From IMG/VR virus record IMGVR_UViG_3300047494_000229, positions 10,273-74,272 of that record: a DNA stretch of 64,000 nt; one strand, given 5' to 3'. This DNA comes from a virus. The notes under the pieces were generated by a model, which was given only the letters and a program-made list of their open reading frames with translations, was not told the DNA's origin and did not search any database. This document shows positions 47,578-57,045 of the stretch, piece after piece. The position numbers were made by a program, and so were the translations under genes. Numbering within the stretch: position 1 is the first letter of the stretch; every line of letters starts with the position of its first letter.

Positions 47578-47973
47578 TTAACTACGCTCCGCGATAGAAA
47601 TTGAAATATGAGCCACTTGATTTGGTACTGATTGCAAAGGATCAAAATAGCATGGTAATCCAAATAATCCAACGGCTCTCACAGTTTTAACTGTTAAAGC
47701 TTGGGCAAATAGCTTTTCGCCCGACAGCAGAATTAACTTATTAAGTTGAGGGGAATAAACATCTTGATAATTGGCAGGGATTTGTTTTCCCGGAATTAAC
47801 GTAATAAAAGTATTATCAGTTTTTTGTCTACTTAAAAATATTTGAATTGCTTGTGCTACTACTGGAGAAATGGTAACAAGTAATGCGATCGCCGTTGCTC
47901 CTGTAGGTACTTGGTAGATTTGAGTTCGAGTGTTATTGATTGGAAGCGAAACGCTGTTTAAGTTTGTTGGCAT
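47578..47973 (-). CDS. Putative tail fibre-associated protein
   Basis: IYQVPTG...KLILLSGEKL pattern. Confidence 0.55.
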   Translation of the reverse strand: MPTNLNSVSLPINNTRTQIYQVPTGATAIALLVTISPVVAQAIQIFLSRQKTDNTFITLIPGKQIPANYQDVYSPQLNKLILLSGEKLFAQALTVKTVRAVGLFGLPCYFDPLQSVPNQVAHISISIAERS

Positions 47974-49910
47974 TAGCTAAATATTAAAGCATTAATAAAA
48001 CTATCTTCCTGCGATTCAATGTAAACATTCTTATCAAATATAGCCGCAAAGTTACCAGTAAACTCAAATATGCAAGGTGGTGATGCGTGGGAAATGCTAG
48101 TTATTTCATTCCCATCATAAACAAAACTATAAGCCACACGGTAGCTAGTGGACGGAAAATTACCTGTAATTGCAGAGGCGATCGCTCCTGTCAAGGGTGA
48201 AAACAACGAAAAATCGCTATCAGCAGTAGGAAGCGTAGCAACTACACCTGTTGTCCAATTAGAAATAGTAAATTGTTGTGTAGTATTTGGTACAACAGTA
48301 AAGCCGGAGAACTTGCGGATCTCTAGGGTATCTTGTCGTTGCAGATAAATATTAACGCCAAAGGGGTTGAACGAGCCTTTGCTATTATTGGCGATTACGT
48401 CTGGGTAGTCAGCGCGGATGGTTCCTGTTCCAGTCGCCGTACAAGGATAGGAAAGAGTTAGGGTGACTCCGTTGGTGATGGCAACATAGCTACTCCATGC
48501 GCCTGCTAGACTTTCACCAGATACCGTAGAGACGATTGCCCTAATCGCTTCACTCGCTGATGGGGTGTAAGTAGATGGTTCCGTGAATACCGCCGCGTTG
48601 CCGTTGATAATAACTTGCTGTCCTGCGGTGTTGGCTTGCAATCCCCCAAAAGCCCGTTGGGGCATTAGGGGGAAGTCGTAAGAACCAACTAACGCGTAAC
48701 CAGCTAAAACATAGTAGCTCAACCCAACGTTCGGGGCTACACGATACCAGTCCGCCTCACCATACACAACCCCAGCAGGTATCAGTTTCCCTAGCGGATT
48801 GTAATCACCGGATTGAGCGCGGGTAACTGGGTATGCCCCAAAGATTGAATTGGGCGTAACTTCATTATTGAGTTCGGCTACGGAGAAGAACGGTTTAATT
48901 GCCAGGGAGATCGCCTCCCCTGGCTGCAAATCATCAGAGGTGATAAACGGGGCTGTTAGCCTTGGTGTCCACGGGAAAAATGCTCCAAAATTCTGAAAAT
49001 CCCTGCCACTACTATCTTGGGTTCTCACACTCCCATCGGTTCCGACAAAACCAATAAATTTGACCAGAACTAAGCCACTGAGCAAATCAGGGCTGCGCTG
49101 GTTATTGTATTCAAGTTCAATGCCGAATTGCGTCCCTGATGGTAGCGCGTTTGGTAAATCATTATAAATCCAATACTGTGCCTCCCAACTGGGAAGAAAC
49201 TTACTCAGGGTTTCGCCTGGGTATTTTGGGGTGGGGACTGTGGTAACAGGATTAATTGCAGCGATAGGGCGATCGCTCCCAACTCCCGTACTGGTATCAC
49301 TCACATAAGTTGATGCGCCGCCAATTCGCACCCACCTACCAAGTGGGTATGGAAGGATTTGGGGTACATCCGAAGGCAAAATAACATCTGGGCTAGCACT
49401 TGGCGGACTCGGATCTCGATCCGAGTCGGCACGATATTCAAACCATTTTGAGGTGCTAGTTGCCCATCGTACCTGCCCATCTAGCCTGTCTCCGCCTGTG
49501 GGAAAACTCGTTAAATCGGCGACTGAGGGAGCCAAGGATAAATGAGAATCCCTGCTCAGTGCTAGTGTGGTTGGAAGGACGGTTTGCACCGATTGTGGTT
49601 GAATCCCTGTTCCGTATTGATAGGCTGGAACACGGGCGATTTGGACATGGGTGGAAGGGTCATTTGTTGCCCCCGCCGAAATCATGAAATACCGGACATC
49701 CCACCCCGCAGGCATTGTTGGGATGGTTATGGTGATTTGTTGATTGGTGGTGTAGGCGATCGCCTCTGATACCGCAGGGATGTTAAATCCGGCGCGGTTT
49801 TGTAATTGGAATGAGAAATATAAGCTGCCTGCGGTGAGGTTTCCACCACTAGTTACCGCTATTCCAAATTGTGGGCAAGTTTGACCAACTCCGGCGTATT
49901 GTGCAAGCAT
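47973..49910 (-). CDS. Putative tail fibre/baseplate protein
   Basis: 645 aa, Gly/Thr/Ser-rich; ends NALIFS. Confidence 0.6.
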   Translation of the reverse strand: MLAQYAGVGQTCPQFGIAVTSGGNLTAGSLYFSFQLQNRAGFNIPAVSEAIAYTTNQQITITIPTMPAGWDVRYFMISAGATNDPSTHVQIARVPAYQYGTGIQPQSVQTVLPTTLALSRDSHLSLAPSVADLTSFPTGGDRLDGQVRWATSTSKWFEYRADSDRDPSPPSASPDVILPSDVPQILPYPLGRWVRIGGASTYVSDTSTGVGSDRPIAAINPVTTVPTPKYPGETLSKFLPSWEAQYWIYNDLPNALPSGTQFGIELEYNNQRSPDLLSGLVLVKFIGFVGTDGSVRTQDSSGRDFQNFGAFFPWTPRLTAPFITSDDLQPGEAISLAIKPFFSVAELNNEVTPNSIFGAYPVTRAQSGDYNPLGKLIPAGVVYGEADWYRVAPNVGLSYYVLAGYALVGSYDFPLMPQRAFGGLQANTAGQQVIINGNAAVFTEPSTYTPSASEAIRAIVSTVSGESLAGAWSSYVAITNGVTLTLSYPCTATGTGTIRADYPDVIANNSKGSFNPFGVNIYLQRQDTLEIRKFSGFTVVPNTTQQFTISNWTTGVVATLPTADSDFSLFSPLTGAIASAITGNFPSTSYRVAYSFVYDGNEITSISHASPPCIFEFTGNFAAIFDKNVYIESQEDSFINALIFS

Positions 49911-49981
49911 AAAATTTGTTTTTTATTTAGGGATTGAAAATAGCGTTGCTCCCAAAATGATGCAGGCGATCGCTAGATTAT

Positions 49982-51607
49982 TCAAACAACAATTTTTGCA
50001 TCAAATCTATTAAAAGATAAATTATTTGTTATTGTCTCTATTGCCGAAAAAATGGCAGTAGAGGCAATACCAGCCATGATGTTATATCCAACATCAGTGA
50101 AGTGAACCAAATCACTGCTACTGTAGTAAATGCTATTAGTACAAGATGCATATAAACCCATAGGAATATTATCTCCAATGTTGGCCACTGCATCAGCAAA
50201 AGTTTTCCAGTTAGTTAATATTAGTTGATTTACTGCAAGCCTATTAGTTTCTTGATTCGCAGGAGTCCCAGTATTCTGCCTTGGTGTTAAAGTACAAATA
50301 ACTACTTTATATCCTTTCGCTTTTCTTCCTAAACAATAAGTAACTAAATTATTATAAGCTTGGGTAATAGTCGCCCCAAAATATAAATCGTTTATGCCCT
50401 CCCAGCAAACTACAATATTATAATTTTTTGATGGATCATAAGCCCCATCAATTTGTGAATTTGCATCTGAAATCATTTGGACAGTAGTTTGTCCAGAAAC
50501 ACCGAAATTAGATGAGATTACACTATATTGAGAATTAATAAGCGATTGAACACAATTTATGGAATAAGGCTGAGAACCGCCAACTCCAGCAGTTAAAGAA
50601 TTGCCATCAAATACAATATTTAAAGTGACAAGAGGAGCAAAAACGGTAATAGATATTGATGAAGGATTTGTTAATCCCCCATTATTAATGCAAGAAATTA
50701 CTGTGGTTCCTACATTATTTGAAGTATAGGTTACTATTACTGAAGAAATTGATGGAGTTAACTGGACATTATTGCTGCTAAAAGTCCCGCCAGCCCCATT
50801 ATCAGAAAAAGTAAAACTAATTGTATTAGTTAACTCAGTATTGTTGGGTAGTGATAAAGTTAAATTTAAAGATGATCCAACACTAGTACTATTAGCATTT
50901 GTAGAAAAATTATACGTTGTTGGAAGTGAAGGAGGTTGGTATGCATAAATTTGACATTCCGCAATAGTCCCATATTGTCCTAAAGGAGGTTTTAATTGAA
51001 TATATCTTACAGATGACCCACTATTACTAAAAACAATTCCATAATCACCATTGCTATCGGATAATAAAGTTCCTCCTATATTTTCAGAAACAATAGGAGA
51101 TGATAAATCTGAATTTTGACTCCAATAAACATCAGCATTTTCTATTCTAGTGTCATAGGCATTAGAGATAGAATAGAACCTAGTTTCAAAAACTAAAAAA
51201 TTAGCTCCTAAATCAACCTGCCAAGTAGACCTAACTGTATCAGTATTACCACTCCAAAAAGTAGCATAATTTCCATCTATTGCTTTATCTGGAGTATAAC
51301 TACTACTATAAGAATCACTAGCAGACGCTACCCCTATTAAAGCAATATTGACGGCAACATATAAAGGCTGTGTACTGGAAGTAGAGGGATCTGTAATAGT
51401 TAACTCAGAACTTATAGAGCCAATAGAAACAGTAATAGTAGCACTAGTATTAGTAGTAATATTTTGTGCTGTAATCATGTTTCCACTTTTACCAGTTAAG
51501 GTAAAAACTGGATTAGTTAAAAGCCAAAAAGTGCCTACACCTGTTAAGGTAATGACATTTCCAGAAGTATTGGCAATTACATAAGATTTGTTTAGAGAAA
51601 AAGTCAT
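49982..51607 (-). CDS. Tail-associated protein with discoidin (F5/8 type C) and SGNH/GDSL esterase domains
   Basis: ASASD...AIDGN..TFW...WQVDLG; FDGNSLTAG, GVSGQTT, GIND, DLVH. Confidence 0.8.
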   Translation of the reverse strand: MTFSLNKSYVIANTSGNVITLTGVGTFWLLTNPVFTLTGKSGNMITAQNITTNTSATITVSIGSISSELTITDPSTSSTQPLYVAVNIALIGVASASDSYSSSYTPDKAIDGNYATFWSGNTDTVRSTWQVDLGANFLVFETRFYSISNAYDTRIENADVYWSQNSDLSSPIVSENIGGTLLSDSNGDYGIVFSNSGSSVRYIQLKPPLGQYGTIAECQIYAYQPPSLPTTYNFSTNANSTSVGSSLNLTLSLPNNTELTNTISFTFSDNGAGGTFSSNNVQLTPSISSVIVTYTSNNVGTTVISCINNGGLTNPSSISITVFAPLVTLNIVFDGNSLTAGVGGSQPYSINCVQSLINSQYSVISSNFGVSGQTTVQMISDANSQIDGAYDPSKNYNIVVCWEGINDLYFGATITQAYNNLVTYCLGRKAKGYKVVICTLTPRQNTGTPANQETNRLAVNQLILTNWKTFADAVANIGDNIPMGLYASCTNSIYYSSSDLVHFTDVGYNIMAGIASTAIFSAIETITNNLSFNRFDAKIVV

Positions 51608-51984
51608 TAGTAATTAATTAACTCCGCAGCTAATGATATCTGGGTATTAGATTGATCTATTCTTCTGATACCTATTTGAGAAGCATTAGTAATGCCAGTA
51701 ATTGTTTTTGCTGATTGTGCGGGAATTGGAAATGCACTTCCCACCCCTAATCGCTGATATTCAATATCAACGCTGGTATTATTAGCTAAAATTATTTGCT
51801 TACATTGGGTGCTAGGAAAAACATTGAAATTAGTACCAGTAGCATTTGTTTGAATTGATGCAATGCTTACTGAATAATTGGTTTCCAACGAACCAGAAAC
51901 TTGAACTGTCCCATCAAGGGCAACCGCGATCGCCACTAAGTTTCCATTTTCATCAATCCCTCCCATTAATCTTGGGCTACTCAT
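51607..51984 (-). CDS. Putative tail structural protein
   Basis: Operon-packed, beta-rich. Confidence 0.5.
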   Translation of the reverse strand: MSSPRLMGGIDENGNLVAIAVALDGTVQVSGSLETNYSVSIASIQTNATGTNFNVFPSTQCKQIILANNTSVDIEYQRLGVGSAFPIPAQSAKTITGITNASQIGIRRIDQSNTQISLAAELINY

Positions 51985-52610
51985 AAATTAAACCCTGCCT
52001 TTTTTAATTGCTCAAATCCTTGTTGTTCTTCAAACATTTTTAAATCATGCTCACGCTGCAATTCTTCTAGAGCTTCTTTTCCACGCAAGCGATCGCCTAC
52101 CTGTTTAGCTAATGCTGCTAATTGCGAGGGCGATCGCTCCTTACATAACCACTCAATTTGCCCAGGATTGGGCAGTAGTAGTAGTTCAGCCAACACATCA
52201 ATCTCAAATTCCCCCGAAGTAATCCTAACTTCCTTTCTTCCACTTCCGACTTCCGACTTCTCATAGTCATACCCCATCAGTAATTCCAGTCCTGAAATCC
52301 AAAATTCCCCTCGACTTTCAGCAGCCACAAAGAAACTATGGCGAGATGCGGGAGATAGAGATGATGGATCGAAGTTTGGTAAGAGGCGTTCGCCCTTGGC
52401 GTGCTGGAGGCAATCGCCTATCTTCTGGTAATACTTTGCAAAGTTCTCAAACAGTAAGCTGTCGGTTTCTACAAGGTGATGGTGCGGGAGTGATCGCACT
52501 CGATTCAGGAGTTCTAGGTGATACGCACGGGCGATCGGTGCTAATTCCAAGCTGGGTGCGCCAACCAAGAAAAAGTCATCATGAGTATCTAATCGCCAAA
52601 AATTTAGCAC
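51981..52610 (-). CDS. Possible tail assembly chaperone
   Basis: Position after the tail tube gene; contains an in-frame heptamer tract (EKSEVGSGRKEVR). Confidence 0.4.
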   Translation of the reverse strand: MLNFWRLDTHDDFFLVGAPSLELAPIARAYHLELLNRVRSLPHHHLVETDSLLFENFAKYYQKIGDCLQHAKGERLLPNFDPSSLSPASRHSFFVAAESRGEFWISGLELLMGYDYEKSEVGSGRKEVRITSGEFEIDVLAELLLLPNPGQIEWLCKERSPSQLAALAKQVGDRLRGKEALEELQREHDLKMFEEQQGFEQLKKAGFNL

Positions 52611-53419
52611 GCTAACTGCTCTGTGGTGTAATACATTTGATAGCCCAATCCAGTGCCGTCGTTGGGGTCGGGAAGGACGCGTAATTTAACTTCCCTTTTT
52701 GGATCTGTTCCCAACTGTCCTGCGGGAAGTCTTGAACAGTTATTAGCTTGAAAGCCTGCAAAGTTACCGTTAAAATCAACACCCATCGCCTTTACTGTGA
52801 CTACATCCAAGAGTTGGGATGTAATAATTGTGGCTTGGCTAAAGACGCAAGGAACCCAGCCGCGAATTGTGGCGTTAGATGCTGCCAAACTCTCACTGAG
52901 AGTAACAGCTAAATGTGCGCCGATAGTAATTTGATCGCCCGTTGGAGCGGAAGTTACGATCGCCACTTGTCGAGCCAATTTTGTTTCTGGGTCAATGTAG
53001 TAAATTTCAGGATTAGCGTTTGCAGTTTGGGCTACCACTTCGTATCCCGCTTGCCCCGTAGCTCTAGGGGCGATCGCTGCCGAGTTCATGACAGCTTCAA
53101 AATAAACGAATCCATTGACGTTGCTAGCAGATGCTAGTATGCGCCCGTGAGTAAAGGTATCAATCTCCGGCGCACCAACCGAAAATTCCAGCGATATCTC
53201 TGGTTTGAATCCTTGGATGTAGGTAAAAGCAGTAACATCCTCACCTTGACAGGTGACATCCCCTAACTCTTTTAAATCTTCGTTTTGGGAAATCGTCAGT
53301 GTTGTAGGTGCAACAATGATTGGGAAAGGAAACAACACAGGACTGCCAGAGATGATCGCCTGTCTTGAAAGTGAAATACGAGAAACGGTTCTTAATCCAT
53401 ACTTGGAATCTACAGACAT
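52604..53419 (-). CDS. Putative major tail (tube) protein
   Basis: Size, composition and position after the terminator. Confidence 0.5.
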   Translation of the reverse strand: MSVDSKYGLRTVSRISLSRQAIISGSPVLFPFPIIVAPTTLTISQNEDLKELGDVTCQGEDVTAFTYIQGFKPEISLEFSVGAPEIDTFTHGRILASASNVNGFVYFEAVMNSAAIAPRATGQAGYEVVAQTANANPEIYYIDPETKLARQVAIVTSAPTGDQITIGAHLAVTLSESLAASNATIRGWVPCVFSQATIITSQLLDVVTVKAMGVDFNGNFAGFQANNCSRLPAGQLGTDPKREVKLRVLPDPNDGTGLGYQMYYTTEQLAC

Positions 53420-53420
53420 A

Positions 53421-53840
53421 TTACTTAACCAATACGCAGGGAACAGTTAAACTGACAACATAAAAATAAATACCACTGTCGTTTTTCGCAAAGCGATCGC
53501 TCTCTAAATAAGCTTCTCCAATTGCACCATTGACGCATGGGTGGAATCCCATTAATAAATTTTCTATATCTTCAACTAGGGCGATCGCCTTATTTTCATT
53601 TCTAAAATCCTTAATTTCAACTGATACTTGAAAAGTCCGATTGCAAGGTTGAAATCCGACCGATTCAACAGTATCCGGTGGCGTGAAAGTGGCAGACGTA
53701 TAACCAATTCTTAAGGTGTAATCACTGGTGATTTGAGCAGCACTTCCAGCTTTTCCGTCACTGTCATCAACTACTATCCGCGCTCGATCAGATAAGGGTT
53801 GGAGTTGGGAGGCGATCGCTTGTTTGATTTCGATCAGCAT
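53421..53840 (-). CDS. Mu gp37-like tail terminator
   Basis: IKQAIASQL...IENLLMGFHP...GIYFYVV. Confidence 0.65.
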   Translation of the reverse strand: MLIEIKQAIASQLQPLSDRARIVVDDSDGKAGSAAQITSDYTLRIGYTSATFTPPDTVESVGFQPCNRTFQVSVEIKDFRNENKAIALVEDIENLLMGFHPCVNGAIGEAYLESDRFAKNDSGIYFYVVSLTVPCVLVK

Positions 53841-54145
53841 TACATTATGTCTTTTAACTTCTTCATTTCATCTCTTACAGCTTCCTGAATTTGTTTAAGT
53901 GCTAAAGGAGAAATATCCTGACTAGGTGAATAACTATGTCCTATATAACCAGATATAAGATTGGGAGAATCATTATAACAACGGTTAATTATTTCTAGTG
54001 CTTGAACAACATTAGATAGTGTCTGTGGGGTAGCATTTAAGGTAATGAGCCTTTCTAGTAACTCCCTTAAATATTTTTCAGCATCAACGGTCTCTCTAAT
54101 GATTTCTTCGTTATTTGGCTGCATATACTTCAAGGATTTGAGCAT
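53840..54145 (-). CDS. Hypothetical protein
   Basis: ORF only. Confidence 0.45.
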   Translation of the reverse strand: MLKSLKYMQPNNEEIIRETVDAEKYLRELLERLITLNATPQTLSNVVQALEIINRCYNDSPNLISGYIGHSYSPSQDISPLALKQIQEAVRDEMKKLKDIM

Positions 54146-54191
54146 TGATTTAATTCAAGTGAAAGGCGATCATCTAAAAAACAATTGAAAA

Positions 54192-54458
54192 TTACAAAAC
54201 CCCAGCAAGGGATAATTGCAAGCGATATCCTTCTAATTTCCAAAGTTGTTTAGCAGCACTCTCTCTAGCAAATCGCCTACCAATTTCCAAATCAAAATTA
54301 GCCGGATCTACACAAGCACCACTGCCAGTCACAACAAAACCAGATTCTAGCTTGTAACTAACAATCAACTCCTTTCCCCAAAAAATATGTTCTTGACTCT
54401 CGGCGGCATTTAATAGTGCATCAATCTGCTCTTGAGTTACTGTATTTTCGTTAGGCAT
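54192..54458 (-). CDS. Gp49-family (Phage_gp49_66-like) protein
   Basis: GFVVTGSGACVDPANFDLEIGRRFA...LWKLEGY.L. Confidence 0.85.
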   Translation of the reverse strand: MPNENTVTQEQIDALLNAAESQEHIFWGKELIVSYKLESGFVVTGSGACVDPANFDLEIGRRFARESAAKQLWKLEGYRLQLSLAGVL

Positions 54459-54522
54459 ATTATTAGTAGAACCTCATTGAATTTTCAAAACTTTTCACGA
54501 CCACTGCCACGCGCCAACAACA

Positions 54523-54999
54523 TCAATACAGTCTCAATCTATGTTCTGTAAACCTCGGTCGTTCCTCGCTGGGAATATAGGAAGCAGACCAATCATTTAG
54601 GGTAAAACCTCGGTCATCAATTAACGCGTTTGTCGCCGTCCTTTGAGCGATCGCCACCCCATCGTCAGTAAGCAAAAGCATTGTCCCCTTGCCAATATCT
54701 TTGAGACGGGCGATCGCATTTTCGTATCGCTTGGCATATTGCTCAGGGGCGTTGTCCTGAGCAAGTCTATACCAAGCAATGTCAATGCAATAGGTTTTGA
54801 GAATAGTGGGGAACGGATTGACAGGAACGTTGTAACGTGTGGCTAGGTAAGAATCGATTTCACCGGAGGCGGTGTCAAGCATTGCTGAGAGGCGATCGCT
54901 ATTAACCGTGGTTGCAGATGGATCGTCAAGATTCGTCAGTTCTATAGTCTCATTTGTTCCTATCTGATTCTGAAAATCGTCAGGAGTCGCGTACTGCAT
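54523..54999 (-). CDS. Mu gp36-like (DUF1320) head-tail connector
   Basis: YAT..D...E.IELT...ASGEIDSYL..RY..P...DIAWYRL...RYENAI..L. Confidence 0.88.
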   Translation of the reverse strand: MQYATPDDFQNQIGTNETIELTNLDDPSATTVNSDRLSAMLDTASGEIDSYLATRYNVPVNPFPTILKTYCIDIAWYRLAQDNAPEQYAKRYENAIARLKDIGKGTMLLLTDDGVAIAQRTATNALIDDRGFTLNDWSASYIPSEERPRFTEHRLRLY

Positions 55000-55000
55000 A

Positions 55001-55168
55001 CTATTTAAGAATTATGGTTGCCCTTTTAATCGCGCCTAATTCCAAAAGTTCCTTTGCTTGGGATTCTTCAAGTTCTAAAGTGTCTCCGATTTCATAGGGT
55101 TGATTGTTGTGGTTAATTCTCTTTATTACCTCGTAAGTAGCCGTAGTAGGCGTGGGTACTGTTGCCAT
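55001..55168 (-). CDS. 55-aa capsid-adjacent protein
   Basis: Manual translation MATVPTPTTATYEVIKRINHNNQPYEIGDTLELEESQAKELLELGAI...; AGGAG RBS. Confidence 0.7.
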   Translation of the reverse strand: MATVPTPTTATYEVIKRINHNNQPYEIGDTLELEESQAKELLELGAIKRATIILK

Positions 55169-55176
55169 AAATTCTC

Positions 55177-56118
55177 CTAGATTACGTTTTGAAACAGGAA
55201 TCCTGCGCCATCAAAGGTGATCACCGGATCTCTCTCCGCTTTGATCGGGAAGTACCAAGTTTCCTCGTTTTCACCCCAATAGGCAGGGAGGGCGATCGGG
55301 AAACCTTTTAATGTGTAGGTATAACCAAAGCTAGGGGTGATCATATTTGGCGCAGGGCTAGCGTTTACATACCCCAGCCAAAACTCATCCGCCAAAATAT
55401 CAACCTTGTTGCCCGACGCTGGATCTATAACAAGAGCAGTTGCAATGCCCAATGTTTCTAAGTTGAAATACCGCTTGAGCATATCAAGCGTTAGGGAATT
55501 GTCATTGGTGTACTTGAACTGATCCCTAATCTCAGGATGCACATCAAGGGCATTAAAAACACCAGCGCTAAAGATTGCCGTATTTGGATACTTCCCGATC
55601 GCCTGTCGGATTTTTTCTTTGCCCGCGAGGACTGCTGTTTTTGGGGAGGAGGAAGCACTCAACCATTGGGAAGTCCCACTCAAAACTACTTGGAAATCAC
55701 TTGTATACTGAGTTGGATCGCTAAGTAACGTTAATTGGTCATACTCAAGCCGCAAATCGATTGTTTGCTTGGCCAAATCAACCGTCATTAGCTGCAAATC
55801 AATTGGCACTTGATTAGCTTGTACCTCCTCTAAAAATTCAATCGGTAACATCCCCTCAATCTTGTCTTGGTAGAGGGTATAGCGATCGCTGTCATAGGTT
55901 AAAGCGCGGCGTTTAGTACGAGCGCCTGGGGCACGGCGAGTATCAATTAGTGCAAAGGCATCATCCCCGAATCTAATAATCCTTCCCGATCGCACATTAA
56001 CAGGAACAATGGGAAATGCTAAATTCCCAACAAAATCGCCTTGAGAGGGCCCTAGTTGTACCTGCTTAGTAAGAATCGGGTCGATGACCCGTGCCTGATC
56101 TAGATTTAAAATTGCCAT
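55177..56118 (-). CDS. Major capsid protein
   Basis: RVIDPILT, FPIVPV, RRAPGA, IG.YPN, PSFGYTY, AGFLFQNV. Confidence 0.85.
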   Translation of the reverse strand: MAILNLDQARVIDPILTKQVQLGPSQGDFVGNLAFPIVPVNVRSGRIIRFGDDAFALIDTRRAPGARTKRRALTYDSDRYTLYQDKIEGMLPIEFLEEVQANQVPIDLQLMTVDLAKQTIDLRLEYDQLTLLSDPTQYTSDFQVVLSGTSQWLSASSSPKTAVLAGKEKIRQAIGKYPNTAIFSAGVFNALDVHPEIRDQFKYTNDNSLTLDMLKRYFNLETLGIATALVIDPASGNKVDILADEFWLGYVNASPAPNMITPSFGYTYTLKGFPIALPAYWGENEETWYFPIKAERDPVITFDGAGFLFQNVI

Positions 56119-56128
56119 TTATTTAATA

Positions 56129-56297
56129 AGGAAGAAGGAAGGAGATAGAGGGAAGAAGGATGAGTGGACGGGAAGAAGGATGAGTGGGCGGGAAGAAGGA
56201 TGAGTGGACGGGAAAAAGGGAGGAGTAGGAAACAAGTTTAGAGGTAGAGTTAAGTTTTTCAACCTTCTTCCTCCTTCCTTCTTCCCTCTTCCTCTAC
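56129..56297. repeat. Purine/pyrimidine STRR-type mini-element with three tandem 20-mers
   Basis: GGAAGAAGGATGAGTGGRCG x3 at 56151-56210; complementary CCTTCTT arm at the right end. Confidence 0.75.
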
Positions 56298-56993
56298 CTA
56301 GAATTTCCCTTCTCTAGTAATAAAAATTTCAATAACGTTACCAGTAGTTCCCGCGACTTTGGCCCGGGCAAAAATAAATTGTCCTGTGGTAGTTGCGGTA
56401 ATTAATTGGCCAGAGGCGTTGGGAGTTAAAGGATCGCCAATCGCCACTGTCCCACCGATTTGAGCAATAGTTGTTCCAGAGGTGGCGATCGCCACTGGGG
56501 TCGTATCAGCTGCTGCATACCGAGAGATTCCGTATACAGCAACACCTGCTGTACTAACTTGAGCGCCTGCGAAATTAACCGCTAGATTTGCACCAACTGC
56601 CCCAGACGCGGTAATTACATCATTTTGGTGAGGCTCTCGAGTGATGAAAATCTCAATGAATTGGCCCGCCCCCGATGCCGCTTGTTTGGCACGGGCAAAC
56701 ACTGACTCACCCGACTTAGCTACGACAACCTGCCCAGAAGCATCGATTTTGAGTGGATTTCCGACGGCGATCACCCCTCCAGTTCGGGCGACAGTAGTGC
56801 CCAAAACGGCAACTGCAAAATATTCACCAATGACACTGATATCACTAGTGGCAATTCCCAAGACTGGAACCCCAAGGGAAGAAATTTGATTGCCAGCATA
56901 ATCAACAGCCAGTCCCACTGATATCGGGGTCAGCGCCTTGAGGGTGTGATCATCAATTGACTTGGAAGCTACTTGAAATGCAGTTAGTGCCAT
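56298..56993 (-). CDS. Capsid cement/decoration protein with two tandem DUF2190-like domains
   Basis: Internal duplication; each half ends IEIFITRE. Confidence 0.8.
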   Translation of the reverse strand: MALTAFQVASKSIDDHTLKALTPISVGLAVDYAGNQISSLGVPVLGIATSDISVIGEYFAVAVLGTTVARTGGVIAVGNPLKIDASGQVVVAKSGESVFARAKQAASGAGQFIEIFITREPHQNDVITASGAVGANLAVNFAGAQVSTAGVAVYGISRYAAADTTPVAIATSGTTIAQIGGTVAIGDPLTPNASGQLITATTTGQFIFARAKVAGTTGNVIEIFITREGKF

Positions 56994-57045
56994 AAAATAA
57001 TTTGTAATTTGTAATGGGCTAAACGCCCCGCTATCGCTAACGTAA

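Noticed and set aside
56151-56210. Three 20-bp repeats as a CRISPR mini-array for the type IV-B module
   Set aside because: The units are directly tandem with no spacers, belong to an STRR-type element, and lie ~30 kb from the csf genes
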